The translations under genes and the position numbers were made by a program. The notes beneath the pieces are model-generated. The model was not told the DNA's origin and ran no database searches. It saw nothing but the letters and a program-made list of their open reading frames with translations. A stretch of DNA of 36,984 nucleotides from Octopus sinensis (lineage: Eukaryota): contig NW_021835902.1 of assembly GCF_006345805.1 (NCBI RefSeq), positions 1 to 36,984 of the forward strand. The letters are read 5' to 3'. Positions 23,685 to 36,305 of the stretch are shown piece by piece; the stretch's first letter is position 1; each line of letters begins with the position of its first letter.

Positions 23685-23735
23685 CATTATTATTATTAGT
23701 AGTAGTTGTAGTAGTAGTAGTACTAGTAGTAGTAT
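23340..23735. repeat. Compound (TAG/TAT/GAT/AAT/CAT)n trinucleotide array
   Basis: Directly visible. Confidence 0.95.
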
Positions 23736-24028
23736 GAAATCGAAAAGGAAAAGAGAATGGTGTTATGTCTAATCAATAGAAACTTGCTTCCGGTTCATCA
23801 AATGGGTGATGTTCTCTTGGAGATTATGGTAAGTCGGTAAGGATAACAACAAACTCTAGCTGCAAGATCAATAATACCGTTAATCTGTTATAGAAGAAGG
23901 AATTTCTAACCAGTTACCACCAGCCTGGACGTATTCCATTTTATATAGCTTTCGTAATTCGATCAATGATCAATCAATACAGGTGTTTAAATGGGATCCA
24001 AGCTCAATCACAAACATACGAACGTTTG

Positions 24029-24099
<71 letters not shown>

Positions 24100-24102
<3 letters not shown>

Positions 24103-24248
24103 GGAGTAAACACATAATGTGAAACAAGGTGGAAAAAAGAGTACTCAAATACCAGTGGTAGAGTAATATGCTTTATTTAAAGCAGCAGAAAATTCAACAA
24201 AACCTGTTACTCTGAGTTCCCGTTGCCGTCCATCGGACAGTTTTTGCT

Positions 24249-24250
<2 letters not shown>
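24100..24250 (-). mobile_element. Probable Penelope-like terminal repeat with a degenerate hammerhead-like fold at 24204-24240
   Basis: Minus-strand CTGT CCGATGG A CG GCAA CG GGAA CTC A GAG T A ACAG. Confidence 0.45.
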
Positions 24251-24282
<32 letters not shown>

Positions 24283-24442
24283 CATACATACATATATATA
24301 TATATAATATATATATATATATATCTATATATATATATATATGCATATATATATGCATATATATATATATACATATATATATATATTACATACACACACA
24401 CACACACACACATATATATTTATATGTCTATATATATACGTA

Positions 24443-25170
24443 CAGTAAATCCTCGATTATAATCTGCATTTTTTTCCAAAGGTCAAAATCCCTAGTGCAT
24501 ACTATATACGAGGTTAAAAATGAAAAATACTTTCTAAGCAATGTCCAAGTTTCTATTTCCTGTCCGGCAATGTTTATTCAGACGCATTTTGTGATGTCGG
24601 GCGCGGAAATACCATAAGCTAACCCTGAAATAAATGAAGTTAAAAGAATCATCCATAACTTGCAGTAAGCAACATTTATTAAAACAAAAGTATTCAGAAC
24701 ACAGAATAACATGTAACAAAAACAATTTGCAAACATATTTACATTCCCATATAACAGTTAAGAACATGACCATTATTGTATTACGCATGCGCGGAAGCGT
24801 TTGTCCGACTAGGTGCTGCTAGCTAAATTACGCACGAATTGTGCTAAATAGTTTAGCGCTAAATAGTTCATCCTGCTGTTTGTATTGGCAGTTTGCATAA
24901 TTACCGCAGCAAACAATAGACATTTAATTAAATACCAGTACTAAATGTTTGAACCACTGTGGGTCTCACCTAGGGTTTTTTATAAGTGGGACTTAAACCT
25001 GTACATTAATCTCCAATAAAACATTTTATACATTACATGCCCATAAAATGCCTCGTAGATCTTATTCATCTATGTTTAAACTTGAAGTTATATCACATGC
25101 TGAAGAGCATGGTAATAGGACTGCCGGAAGAAAACTTGATGTTGGCGAAAGCAATGTCACGTTATGATTT
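24443..25170 (+). mobile_element. Left part of a pogo-like DNA transposon with a transposase N-terminal remnant
   Basis: TA plus CAGTAAATCCTCGATTATAA terminus. 25048-25167 translates MPRRSYSSMFKLEVISHAEEHGNRTAGRKLDVGESNVTL*, a Brinker-type HTH as in POGK-like pogo transposases. The right TIR was not found. Confidence 0.7.
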
Positions 25171-25515
25171 TTGCTTCGGCTTTTTTCCATGGGCGCATGT
25201 AAGTATTTCATTTATTTCTTTTCGTATTTTCTACTGACGAGGAAAAAATCTATTATGAGATTAATTCCGAAATTGATTCAATATAGAAATAACGAACTTT
25301 TAAAAAAATTCTTTCCTCGATTTCAGCTCTACGTGTTTTCTGTAGCGAGTATGTGGAAATTGACGATTTAAAAGTCTGTTATCAGCATAGTGGCATAGAA
25401 ATAATTTTCTTTAGCCCTTATTTATAAGTTGTTTATGATTTTAACCTTAAAGGTATTTTAATATGCTGCCACATTTTCTGATGAAATTTTTTTGTAAAAA
25501 AACTTCATCCTATAT

Positions 25516-25547
<32 letters not shown>

Positions 25548-26399
25548 TATATATATATATATATTGCAAGTAGGTGTGAGAGTAAACCCCTACCATCTTC
25601 TATCGACTTGACAGGACCAGCAGACAATCCGATTTCGAATTATTTTTTCGCATCCTCAGCGCTGGACACCTGTCCGCTAGAGATAGCAGTAGTTTGCTCA
25701 GCTTGCAATATATAGAAAAATAAGAGACAACCAGTTATTCCAACAAGCAAAGTAGATACTTAGAAAATCTCTATAATAGATGAAAGTAGCAACTATACTG
25801 AGAAGTAATGTTTATATATATATATATATATATATACGACACCGTTTGGTAATCGGTGCGCATTCAGATCCAGTGACGAAACCGGTATGAATTTGTATCC
25901 CTTTAACAATTCAAAATAATGACTTTTATTCCTTTTAATTCTACCCCCGTTCATCTAATTGTATATATTTATCGTTACTTTTCATAAAAAGGCTTTAATT
26001 TCTATATCCAATGCGCATTTTCGCTGTTTTCTTCTTACTTTCCCTATATCTATACCACGTGTAGCTTATTTTACTTTTGAAACCTATTTCTATATTCTAT
26101 ATATATATTAAAAGAGAAAATTGTGTGTATATTAAGAGCTGAATTGTTGGTGTAACCAGGATATTCTGTTGATCTGATGAGCTAGCCTTCTTATCTGCAT
26201 GGATTTGTGAATACAATATTGTATTTTACAATGTTGAGCATACATATTAATGCGAATATGTACGCAGAATTTTTTCCTTATTGAAATTAATACATGAGAA
26301 AATTTGCGAAACGACCATAATTCTACGGAAGTCATGTAGGTAACTAAACATACATTCACCTTTCATATCACCTGACTTTATATATATATATATATATAT

Positions 26400-26530
26400 A
26401 ACCGTAACTTAGCGGTTTGGCAAAAGAGACCGATAGAATAAGTACTAGGCTTAAAAAGAATAAGTCCTAAAGGCGATGCTCCAGCATGGCCGCAGTCAAA
26501 TGACTGAAACAAGTAAAAGAGTAAAAGAGT
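26400..26530 (+). mobile_element. SINE family A 3' fragment
   Basis: CCGTAACTTAGCGGTTTGGCAAAAGAGACCGATAGAATAAGTACTAGGC...GTAAAAGAGTAAAAGAG. Confidence 0.85.
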
Positions 26531-26569
26531 ATATATATATATGCTTTTACGCCATGGTAGATACTCAGA

Positions 26570-26756
26570 CGCCATGATAGATCGTTAACCACTACACACA
26601 TTTTTTTCTCTCCTTGTTTTTTCTGTGTCCCTTTCTGTCGAAGAGCGTAGGCTCGAAACGTAAAAGACTTTTTCTATTCCTGAGCGTTATACTAATACAT
26701 CTGTTTGTTTTGTACACGACCTGTCTTCGTCTTTTGTTTTTTTCGTAAACTCTCCC

Positions 26757-26760
<4 letters not shown>
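26570..26760 (+). mobile_element. Probable Penelope-like terminal repeat with a hammerhead-like motif at 26631-26666
   Basis: Homologous to 11200-11424. Contains CTTT CTGTCGA A GAGC GTAG GCTC GAAAC GTA AAAG. Confidence 0.6.
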
Positions 26761-26808
<48 letters not shown>

Positions 26809-28544
26809 ATGAACACATCAATACACACCTATTTAATTATCTGTCTACCTGACTAACTACACACACAAATACACAACACATTCACATATATGAAGAAACA
26901 GACAGACAGACAGGCAGAGATGATTTCCTATTTTACTCTTAGAAACATCGGCATCTATTTTAACGACAGACTTACAAATTACATGTGACTACGACATACT
27001 CCACAAATCCGTAACCTTGCTAACGATTCTCTTTACAGTAGGCACATCATGAAAATACAAAAATCTGAAATTATATTAATGTATACAGATTTTCTATAAA
27101 CGTAATGGAACACTGTTTTCGGAATCGTCATTCCTCGTCACATTACACTTCGTTGTACAGTTTGACCGAGAAAATAACAGCTTTAAGCCATGCAGAATAT
27201 AGCAGTTAATTTACAAGTTGGTCTCTCAATAAAGATATTTGGTGTCAGTTTGATTGCATTTGAAAATTCTCTTTGCGTCAAATACAGCGTGATCACTAAA
27301 TATTTGCTATATTGAATTATATTGATGTATTTCAAACACACACACACACACACGCGCGCGCGCGAGCAGTCTTGTGAAATTAATCTCAGGATATAACTGT
27401 GGTGATGGCGGTGATGATGGTGGTGTTGGTGATGGTGGCGGAAAGACAGCTTATTCTCATAATTTTCTGTTTCACATCTCTTCATCTCTGTTCTCTCAGA
27501 AAATGAGTCTTTATGGCTCTATAATAATACTGATACATATATATATATATATATACACACACACATACATACACACATATATATATGTATGTATATGAAT
27601 ACTCTTTATACACCTTTGGTTTATATTCATGCTACCGTTTATTTAATTCATCGTTTCATTTGTCGATTCTATATTTTATTTGCTGGTAACTTGTTGATAT
27701 CTTTACAGCATCAGCTCAGGATTACGGAACCAGGGACCTATTAATTGTAAGCCATCTTTACTTTAGCTCAATACCTATCATGTTGGCATTTACATTCCAT
27801 TATATTTCTAGGACCTGCAGCGCCAATGGCACAGATCTGCAATTCTGTAAATAATCTTAAATGGTTTTAACGAAAACTTTTCCGTTCATTGTATTTTGAA
27901 ATTCTATTTCCGGATTTGTTACCATTTGTTTCTATCACATTCGACACTTTAAGTAAGCTACAAGTAAAATCTATATACATTCTGAAGAAAAATTAGAAAA
28001 CCATGTATGGCTTAATTATTTTTGCGCCGGTTTCCCATTCCGACATTCTCGTATATTTTTACGTGATTGTCGAGTGTTCTCATTTTAAGACTTATGTCAT
28101 ATGAAGTACCATCATTGGACTTGAAGTCATTCTCCCATTAATGATTTCGTTAAAACATTTACTCGTACCCCAATTATACTTGCCGTTGTTTTCTTTAGAA
28201 TACATGCAAGGCCACAATATTGAACAAATATTTTTCTATAGATTCTGCTTTCAAGTTTCTAAGAAACATCAATCAAATTTTTAGTTAACCATTTGTAATT
28301 TAGATTCTTTCTTTCCCATGTAAAAAAAATTCTAGCGAAGCATTGTCATTTCTGTTTGGATTCTAACTCAATTTCCGACATTCTGTCTTAATTGTCTCTC
28401 ACGTGCCACCATTCTTATAATTTGTGGTTCTACAAGGAATATGCTTTGATTATGGTACACTTTAAAGATTTTAAATAAATAGCATCGCAATCCGCTTACA
28501 CTTCCATCAGTATTTTTTTGCAAAATGTTTCATAGACACTAATA

Positions 28545-29820
28545 CAAGAGGTGTTTATTAAAAATTTTCCCTGACCCACTTCCGGTTATTGCAGGAACTT
28601 GCACAGGTATAATTATACATGGCTCTACACGTCACATTGTGAATCGCAGCTTTCTACTAGTATTCGTTTGTCTTTTACAGCTGCTGAAGTGGACTAAGGT
28701 GTTATAATGGAGGCAGTTGAATGCAGATCAGTGATCAGGTTCTTATACTCGATAGGTCGTACACCAAAAGAGATTATCGATCAGATGAAAGAAGTTTATA
28801 ATGTCAATGCACCATCATACGACGTAGCCAAGTGCTGGAATCATCAGTTAAAATGTGGTCGGACATCGATGGAAACTGCTCCTATTCCTAGACGACCACA
28901 CTCCGCAATTGATGACAGCATTATCCATTAAGTGGAAGCCGCCGTTTTGGGGGATCACCGCATAAATATTCGCCAACTAGCCCAAGAAGTAACGATAAGT
29001 GTAGGGTCAGTAGAAAAAAGTCATTCACGACTATTTGCACATGCCGAAGTTGTCTGCACGATGGATTCCCCGGATGCTCACATCTTTTCAGAAGCAGGAA
29101 CGAATCAATTGCTCCCAGGATCTTTTGGCAAGGTGCCAAGAAAATAAGGCCTTTTTCGGCAGGCTTATCACACATGATGAAACATAGCTCCATCATTATG
29201 ATCCTGAGACTAAAGTCCAGTCAAAACAATGGAAGCATGATAACTCACCACCTCCAAAGAAGGCTCGTGTCCAACACTCAGCAGGCAAGGTGATGCTCAC
29301 AGTCTTTTGGGACCTGTGCAGAGTAGTGATCATGAATATTTTGGCAAAGACTACCACAGTTAACAGGGCATATTATGCTTCTCTACTGTAGAAATTGCGG
29401 GACGCCATCAAAGCAGAGAGGTGTGACATGCTGACTAAATGAGTCCGCCTCCTCCAAGACGACACCAAGTTCATAATGCGCATGCTGCTCAGATGAAAGC
29501 ACACTCCTACAGCTATGAAATCCTTACTCATCCTCCTCACTCTTCCGACCTCACACCATCTGACTTCCACCTCTCACCAAACACGAAGTCTTTTTAGAAG
29601 GGGAAGCACTTTTCGGATGATGATGAACTTATTTCTGAGGCAAATTCTTGGATCCTACTGACTTCTACAGACGAGGTCTTCACAGCTGCATAAAGCGATG
29701 GGAGATGCCACCATTGGTAGTGGCTATGTAGAGAAAGACTAATAATTATGCCATGCCAAGTTTCGTTTATCCCAGTCCTAGGGAAGTGGGTCAGGGGAAA
29801 TCTTTAATGAACACCTCTCG
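28545..29820 (+). mobile_element. Full-length but defective mariner transposon, 1276 bp
   Basis: TIRs of about 39 bp (CAAGAGGTGTTTATTAAAAATTTTCCCTGACCCACTTCC, and the inverted copy at 29782-29820) with TA on both sides (28543-28544, 29821-29822). Confidence 0.95.
28707..29742 (+). pseudogene. Mariner DD34D transposase pseudogene
   Basis: MEAVECRSVIRFLY HTH start, WIPRMLT, ITHDET*LHHYDPETK, GKVMLTVFWD, LLQDD, HPPHSSDLTPSDFHL. Multiple stops and frameshifts. Confidence 0.92.
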
Positions 29821-30598
29821 TATCTGTAAAAGATCTTTATATTAGAAGAGGTTTCCGTGGATTTACAAGAAGAATAGAATAACATTGTTAGATTCTAGCA
29901 CACTTATATTTTCCCGCTAGGCAGTTTAATTCTGTATAAGACGGTAGATATATCAGCTGAACTGATATAAAAGGCATTGTGTGTTAAATACTTTGAAGTC
30001 CAGATATGAACACCATGACTATTAAACTAGCACGGACCAACCAATTGTGTTCATAATAATTTCCAGTTTCAACAAACGTTCTATACATTCACGTGTTTTA
30101 GACATCAGCACAGAATAGCCTGTAGATAGAGGACATACAGACAGCTAAATATTATACAATAACATTGCTTTCGTGGCTCTCTTTGAAGACTCAATAAGCA
30201 ATATCATATCAACCTCTTTGTAGGAGTTAGAAATTTCTTCAATTAGGACTTTACAAGTTTTTTGTCAGGAAATAAACGTGTCTCTTTGATGAAAAAAATT
30301 CCATAGATTTTTTTTTATCTCATTGGCAATTCCATACAAACACAGACTATACAAATACAATCCTATACATATTTTTTTCTTTTATTCCTGCAAATAGATT
30401 TTTATCTTTTAAACATCATATTAAGGCGTATAAAAGATATATCATACATAAGACGTATTACATATATATTTCTGCAAAGGAAAAAATATATTGATTTAAA
30501 ATCTAGAAATAATATATATTTTTTGAAGTGTTATATATTACACTGTTCAATCTTTATTTCCATTCGTAACCCTGTTTAACATTTACTGATGACGAATG

Positions 30599-30652
<54 letters not shown>

Positions 30653-31910
30653 GTAGTCATATAATCACCGATACACACACATAAACGTATTTATATCATG
30701 TACCACTACTAACACGCTAACTTAAAGAAATCGTACAAATGTCTTTTTATATAGAAATTATTTAGTATAGCAAAAGTGCATTTCCCCAGACCCACAGAAT
30801 AAACTTTTACTATATGTCTCTTCCAATTTTTATATGGGAAGGACTACATGATCTGCTGCACTCTTCCTTTTTGAAGGTACATTTTACATAAATGAAAGTG
30901 ATCAGGGTTGGTGGTATACCGAAAAATGTAAAGTTACACGTCAAGGGAAGGATCTTCCAAAATCATGTAGAAAGTCTCCCCTGTCTATGCAACCGATGCT
31001 TTCAATTGGAAAGACTGGGCCAATACAGCTCGGGACCAGTGTGGACGCAGAGTAATTCAAAACGTAAAGAGTGGGAACCGGTGGTGTATCATATCTTATT
31101 TCTATTAATACACACCTGCACGCATGCATGAATATATAATTGTAGTGTAGACGCCCCCAGACGATGAAGTGGACTAGCCCAATACGTAGATGTATAGAGA
31201 GAAGTCTAGCAGTTCAGACTGGCAGAGTAGAGTAGGAGTTGAGTAGAAGACATCCGAACGTGCAACATAACAATAATCTTACACACTCGCGTGCATACAC
31301 GTACGCAGTCGCACGCGCGCACACACGACGTCATCGTCGCCATCATCATCATAATCATTATCGTCATCATTTAATGCCCGTTTTCCATTGACGTTGAAAC
31401 ACTCCATAAATTATTTCTCAGAGTTTTACGTAGAGAATTACTTCATTTTCGGGCGCTGATCGTATCTGTAATTCGAATGGGACAGCGTTTTCACGTATTG
31501 CATCATTTTATTTCTGCCCGAAAATTATGGTAAGGGGCCAGGGATTCGTGACAAGCTCAACGACTTACACATAAATTCAAAAGAAGATAATGCAGCTGAT
31601 CAAACACTTGAACCGTCAGCCTCAACACATACACACTCATACACGCACGAACGCAAACACACACATACACGCATATACACACATACACACTAACACAACC
31701 ACACACATACTAACACAAACCCACACATACACACATACACACAAACACAACCACACACATACACACATATACATACAAACACAAACACACACATACACAC
31801 ACAAACCTACACATACACACATACACACAAACACCCACACACCCACATGCTTGCCTGCCTGCCTGTCTGCTTGTCTGTCTGCCCATCTATCTATCTATCT
31901 ATCTATCTAT

Positions 31911-33130
31911 CAGTCGGGCAAAATGCTGCTGAAAGGCCTCACACATTTACTTTGGCTCGAGCAATTCGCGCCCCTGTTCATCTACCAGTGACCGAATGGT
32001 GCTTTGTTGCCCTGTTGCGCCTCTGCCACCCGGCCTTCTCGCGGCTCCAACACCTTCGTTCCTTAGAGCACGCATCCTAGCTCTGACAGCACATCCTTCG
32101 TGTTTGGCGTTGAAGTGTTGGTCGAGGGCCAACCTCGCCGCCAAAACGTCGGATGCGATGCGCTTCTAATGCCTCTTCTAGCTTCTTAACTAGCTCACCC
32201 TCTACTCTATTTCTATCTATGGCTAGTGCTTTGCTGTACCTAATCGCTTCTGCTTTTACTGCTCTTGAGGGCAAACCACCATTTGTTGTTGATGGGCTCC
32301 CGTCAAAGCCCTCTTTACTAGTGTGCTAATCCGGTCTCTGAAAACTTGTCTCGATGGGAAAGACGCGTTTAGTTTCCAGTATCCGGGACCCTGCCTAAGT
32401 GTCTTACCTAAGTCTAGCGTACATGTCACAAGTTTGTGATCCGTGTAGCTGACTATGTGGAATTGTGGACATCCTATGCTATCTCTATTACTGTCCTAAA
32501 CAGTATCCTATCTAGATACGATCTCGACGACCGATGCGTTGCTCCATGTCCACGTTGGCGCCATTTCGGGTGGTCTAGTCGGAACCTGTCAGACAGTTGA
32601 AAGCGTCTGAGCAGGTCTCTGAGGCATTTGCATCCCCGTCTATTCCTATCTCTACCACGTAGTCTACATGCGTGTCCAAGGTAGCATTTCCAATCCCCCA
32701 CTAAGAGTAAAGGACGAGACGTTCCCAAGAAAACTTCTAGACGTTGAAAGAAATCCGCCCGACCTGTTAAGGGCGGTGCGTAAACTGATACGAGTCGAAA
32801 AGCGCACCCATTGCTGCCGTCGACATCCAGGACGACCAGTCTACCCTCAGGGTCTACGAATATTGTCCTTACTTTGAGATCCAGACTCTTGTGAAAAAGT
32901 ACCGCGGTGCCACTACCCGCCCATTCTCGGCAGACAGGGGGGAAAATAAATGTTGAACTGTCCGCCAAACATGGTCTTTAGGGCCCGCGGATTGTGGAGT
33001 TGGTCTCGCTTATGGCTATGATTTCTAACTTATGTGACTTTATGTCATTTAAGAGGTACCCTTGTTTCCAGGGGACCCAAGCCACGCGCATTTACACAAC
33101 CAATCTTGATCATAGTTCTAATGAATTAGA
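31911..33130 (-). mobile_element. Inverted 5' half of Tx1/L1-clade LINE copy 5: ORF2 start and APE endonuclease domain
   Basis: ATG at 33113 (minus) gives MIKIGCVNARGL, then LLNDIKSHKLEIIAISET, EGRLVVLDV, LVSVYAP, LLLVGDW, SYLDRIL, TDHKLV and GYWKLN. Frameshifted. Downstream part is homologous to 11560-11904. Confidence 0.9.
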
Positions 33131-33134
33131 ATAC

Positions 33135-35727
33135 AGAGGGTTAACGTAGGGTGGACTTCAGTGCCTACCTACATAGCCTACCACGACTCTCGACAAGAAA
33201 GGCAGGGTGCTGCGAAGGTGCCATCACGGCGGCAGAAGTGCGGGAAGCGATGGCAGAATGCTCGAGGGACAAATCACCGGGTTTGGATGGTCTACCCTAC
33301 GAGCTTTACAATTGTATGCCAGACTTGTTTGGAGATCTCTTGGCGGCGGTGTACTGCAACTGGCAGCAAAACGGGAGCATTCCTGGTTTTGTGAGCCGAG
33401 GAGCCGTAACACTGCTGAAGAAAGATCTAAACAAGGGAAATGTAATAGATAACTTTAGGCCCATCACTCTGCTTAATGCAGACTTGAAAATTTTGGCCAA
33501 GGTGCTAGCCAAGAGGTTGGCGCTTGTCATGGAGAAACTGGTCGACAAGGCGCAAACATGCGCCGTGCCAGGCCGGACCATCCATGACAACCTCCATCTG
33601 ATGCGCTACATCATAGACAGGGTAGTTAACGAACCTGGCATGGGTGGGGCCCTGATCAACTTGGATCAATCGAAAGCCTTTGATAGGGTAGACCATCGAT
33701 ACTTGGAGGCAGTCCTGAGAGCGGCTGGTTTCGGTCCCGTCTTCCGCGGCTGGATAGCTGCCTTGTACAGAGGCATCCGTTCGGTAATTCGCGTAAATGG
33801 ACATCTATCGAGACCTTTCGACATTGCACGTTCGGTCCGTCAGGGATGCCCCCTCTCGGCGCTTCTATACGTATTGACTCTTGAGCCACTACTGCGGAAG
33901 CTGGCGACTCTAAGGGGCATCCCGCGAGAATTGGGATGCGGGACGAGCGTGTCTGCATACGCGGACGACGTCCGTCACCGTCATGTGTCTAGCCACGAGC
34001 ACATCGAGCTGGTCGGCGAGACACTGAAAAACTACGAAGCGTGACAGGAGCGAAAATCAACCGGAAAAGTCAGTGGGCTTGCGACTAGGCACCTGGAGAA
34101 GCAAGCCCATGCCGTCCACCAGCGCCTCCGTCGTGGGACGCTGGACCGACGGCCCGGTTGAGTTGCTCGGGGTCTGGTGGTCCGGACCTCCAAGTGGAGA
34201 AGAACTGGAACGAGATAACGAGTAGGGTGGTCACATCTCGCCCGGCAATGGGCCGAGAGGAAACTGTCCCTAAAAGGTCGAGCGGAGGTGGCGAACACGT
34301 ACATCACGTCCGTCATCTACTACCGCCTGACCGTCGTACCTTGTCCCGACCCTACCATCACCAAACTACAACGCATCCTCTTTCGCTTCTTGTGGAAAGG
34401 ATGCGTCCCGATGGTCAGACGATCCATTTGCTGTCAACCCGTTAAAAGGAGGGCTGGGCATGCCGTGGTTGATGATGCGCAGACACGCGCTGAGACTGCG
34501 ACATCTCTGGCTCTATGTAGACGACGGTGAACAGGTGTGGTCGCCGTTTGTGAGGCACGCTTTCCCGCAGCTCGTCTCCATGACCGAACTGCAGTCGTGG
34601 ATCAAAAAGAGCCGAGGAAGGGCGAATGGCACCGCGAGTGTCGCGTTGCTCTCAAGCAAACTCTGCCGTCCTGGGTCGACCTTAAGTGACTTCAACACAA
34701 CCAAAGCATTCTATAGGGGTTAGTGGAGGGGAGGTACGACGACGAGCTCGGGGCGAACCTGGACGTCGACGAGGAGTATGACCGCCTGTTCGGGACGACT
34801 TTCGGGCCAGGGCCCATGGACAACTTCCAGAGATCCCTGGCCTGGCAGTGCTACCGAGAAGCGCTACCCGTTCGGGATAAGCTCTACAGACACGGCTCGA
34901 GAAACACGGGGCCGACCTGCCCGAGATGCGGTCAGAGCGACGAAACCGTTCTGCACGCACTCGTTCAGTGTCCAACAATTCCGACCTGTGGGCTTATGTC
35001 GAACAACTGCTGTCACGTGTGGGACGAGTCGGTTTATCAGCTGAGTCTATCGTCAATATTGTCACGCCTCCTTCCTTCAAACGGGAAGGAAGAGCTATTT
35101 TCATCATCCTTGTGGCTATGGCGAAAGAATGTATCTGGTGGACGCGTCTGAAAGGATTAGAGACAAACACTTCCTCTCTGGTCAATCTCTCATCACTTCT
35201 TCAAGTACCAATGAAAAGGAAAGTGAGAGTAGAGAGGCAAGTTTTGTCTAGCGAATGTTTTAAAAAAAGATGGGTGAATGTAGCAAAATGGCACGTATGA
35301 ATGACGAAGCCACCTTGAGCATAGTCCTATGAACCCAGAAATCGAAAACAGAGAGTTGCTTATTTGCAAAAAAAAAAAAAAAAAAAAAAAAAAAGAAATA
35401 TAATGTGACTTCATTGACCGAGGTTACCGTGGTCTTTTCCGTAGGCTTTCTTTCCACGGGTAAATCTAACCTGTCCTCCCCTTTACACTTCATATTGACA
35501 TTTCTGTGATAACGATCCCTATTGATCATTTTTTTTCCTCCCCCCCCTTTGTTTTTTTTTTTAACCCCCCCTTTTTTTTTGTCCTCTTTCTCTCCTTTTA
35601 CGATCCCTTTTGTTCGAAACTCCACCTTCCTTTTTTTTTTTTTTTTTTTTTTTAAACCTTCAAAGAAAAAGCTCTACCTTGTAATTTGTTCTATCTGTGT
35701 GCAGCCCTGTGTGGCTATAAAGAAACA

Positions 35728-35728
<1 letters not shown>
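33135..35728 (+). mobile_element. Forward 3' half of Tx1/L1-clade LINE copy 5: RT, CCHC and 3' UTR
   Basis: ORF 33151-34044 contains DKSPGLDGLP, NFRPITLLNADLKILAK, LDQSKAFDRVDH, VRQGCPLS and AYADD. Later comes CPRCGQSDETVLHALVQC. The 3' end GTGGCTATAAAGAAACAT is followed by (ATCT)n. Confidence 0.95.
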
Positions 35729-35759
<31 letters not shown>

Positions 35760-35767
35760 ATCTATCT

Positions 35768-35813
<46 letters not shown>

Positions 35814-35918
35814 CTTCTTTGTCTGTCTATCTATCTGTCTGTCTATCTATCTATCTATCTATTCATCTATCTATCTATTTTCTATCTGTCTGTCTATCAA
35901 TCTGTGTCTATCTATCTG

Positions 35919-35995
<77 letters not shown>

Positions 35996-36010
35996 AGTCT
36001 GTCTTCTATC
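35729..36010. repeat. (ATCT)n / (GTCT)n tetranucleotide array, about 280 bp
   Basis: Directly visible. Confidence 0.95.
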
Positions 36011-36305
36011 TATGCTTAATTCATCCAACCAGCAGGTTACATCTAGGCAGGCCAGGGCGCTATTTGATCTCAGAATTTCAAGCGTAGAAAATATGGCAAA
36101 GTTGCAAACCCGATGCTGTAACATGTAAGGTTTCCACCAAAGCTTCGCACTAACCCGACACTTTGTTCACCGACTCTAGTCTAGAAAACCATACAAGTAA
36201 AATTAACCATAGCGTGATTTGGCATCATAACATAAAGAAACAAGCTGAAATGAATACCTCAGGTCACTTCATCCGGTGCTCTGAAGGCCCTGATAATACA
36301 TTTCA

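Noticed and set aside
23780-23828. 49-nt candidate exon before gtaagt
   Set aside because: Poor polypyrimidine tract and no recognisable product.
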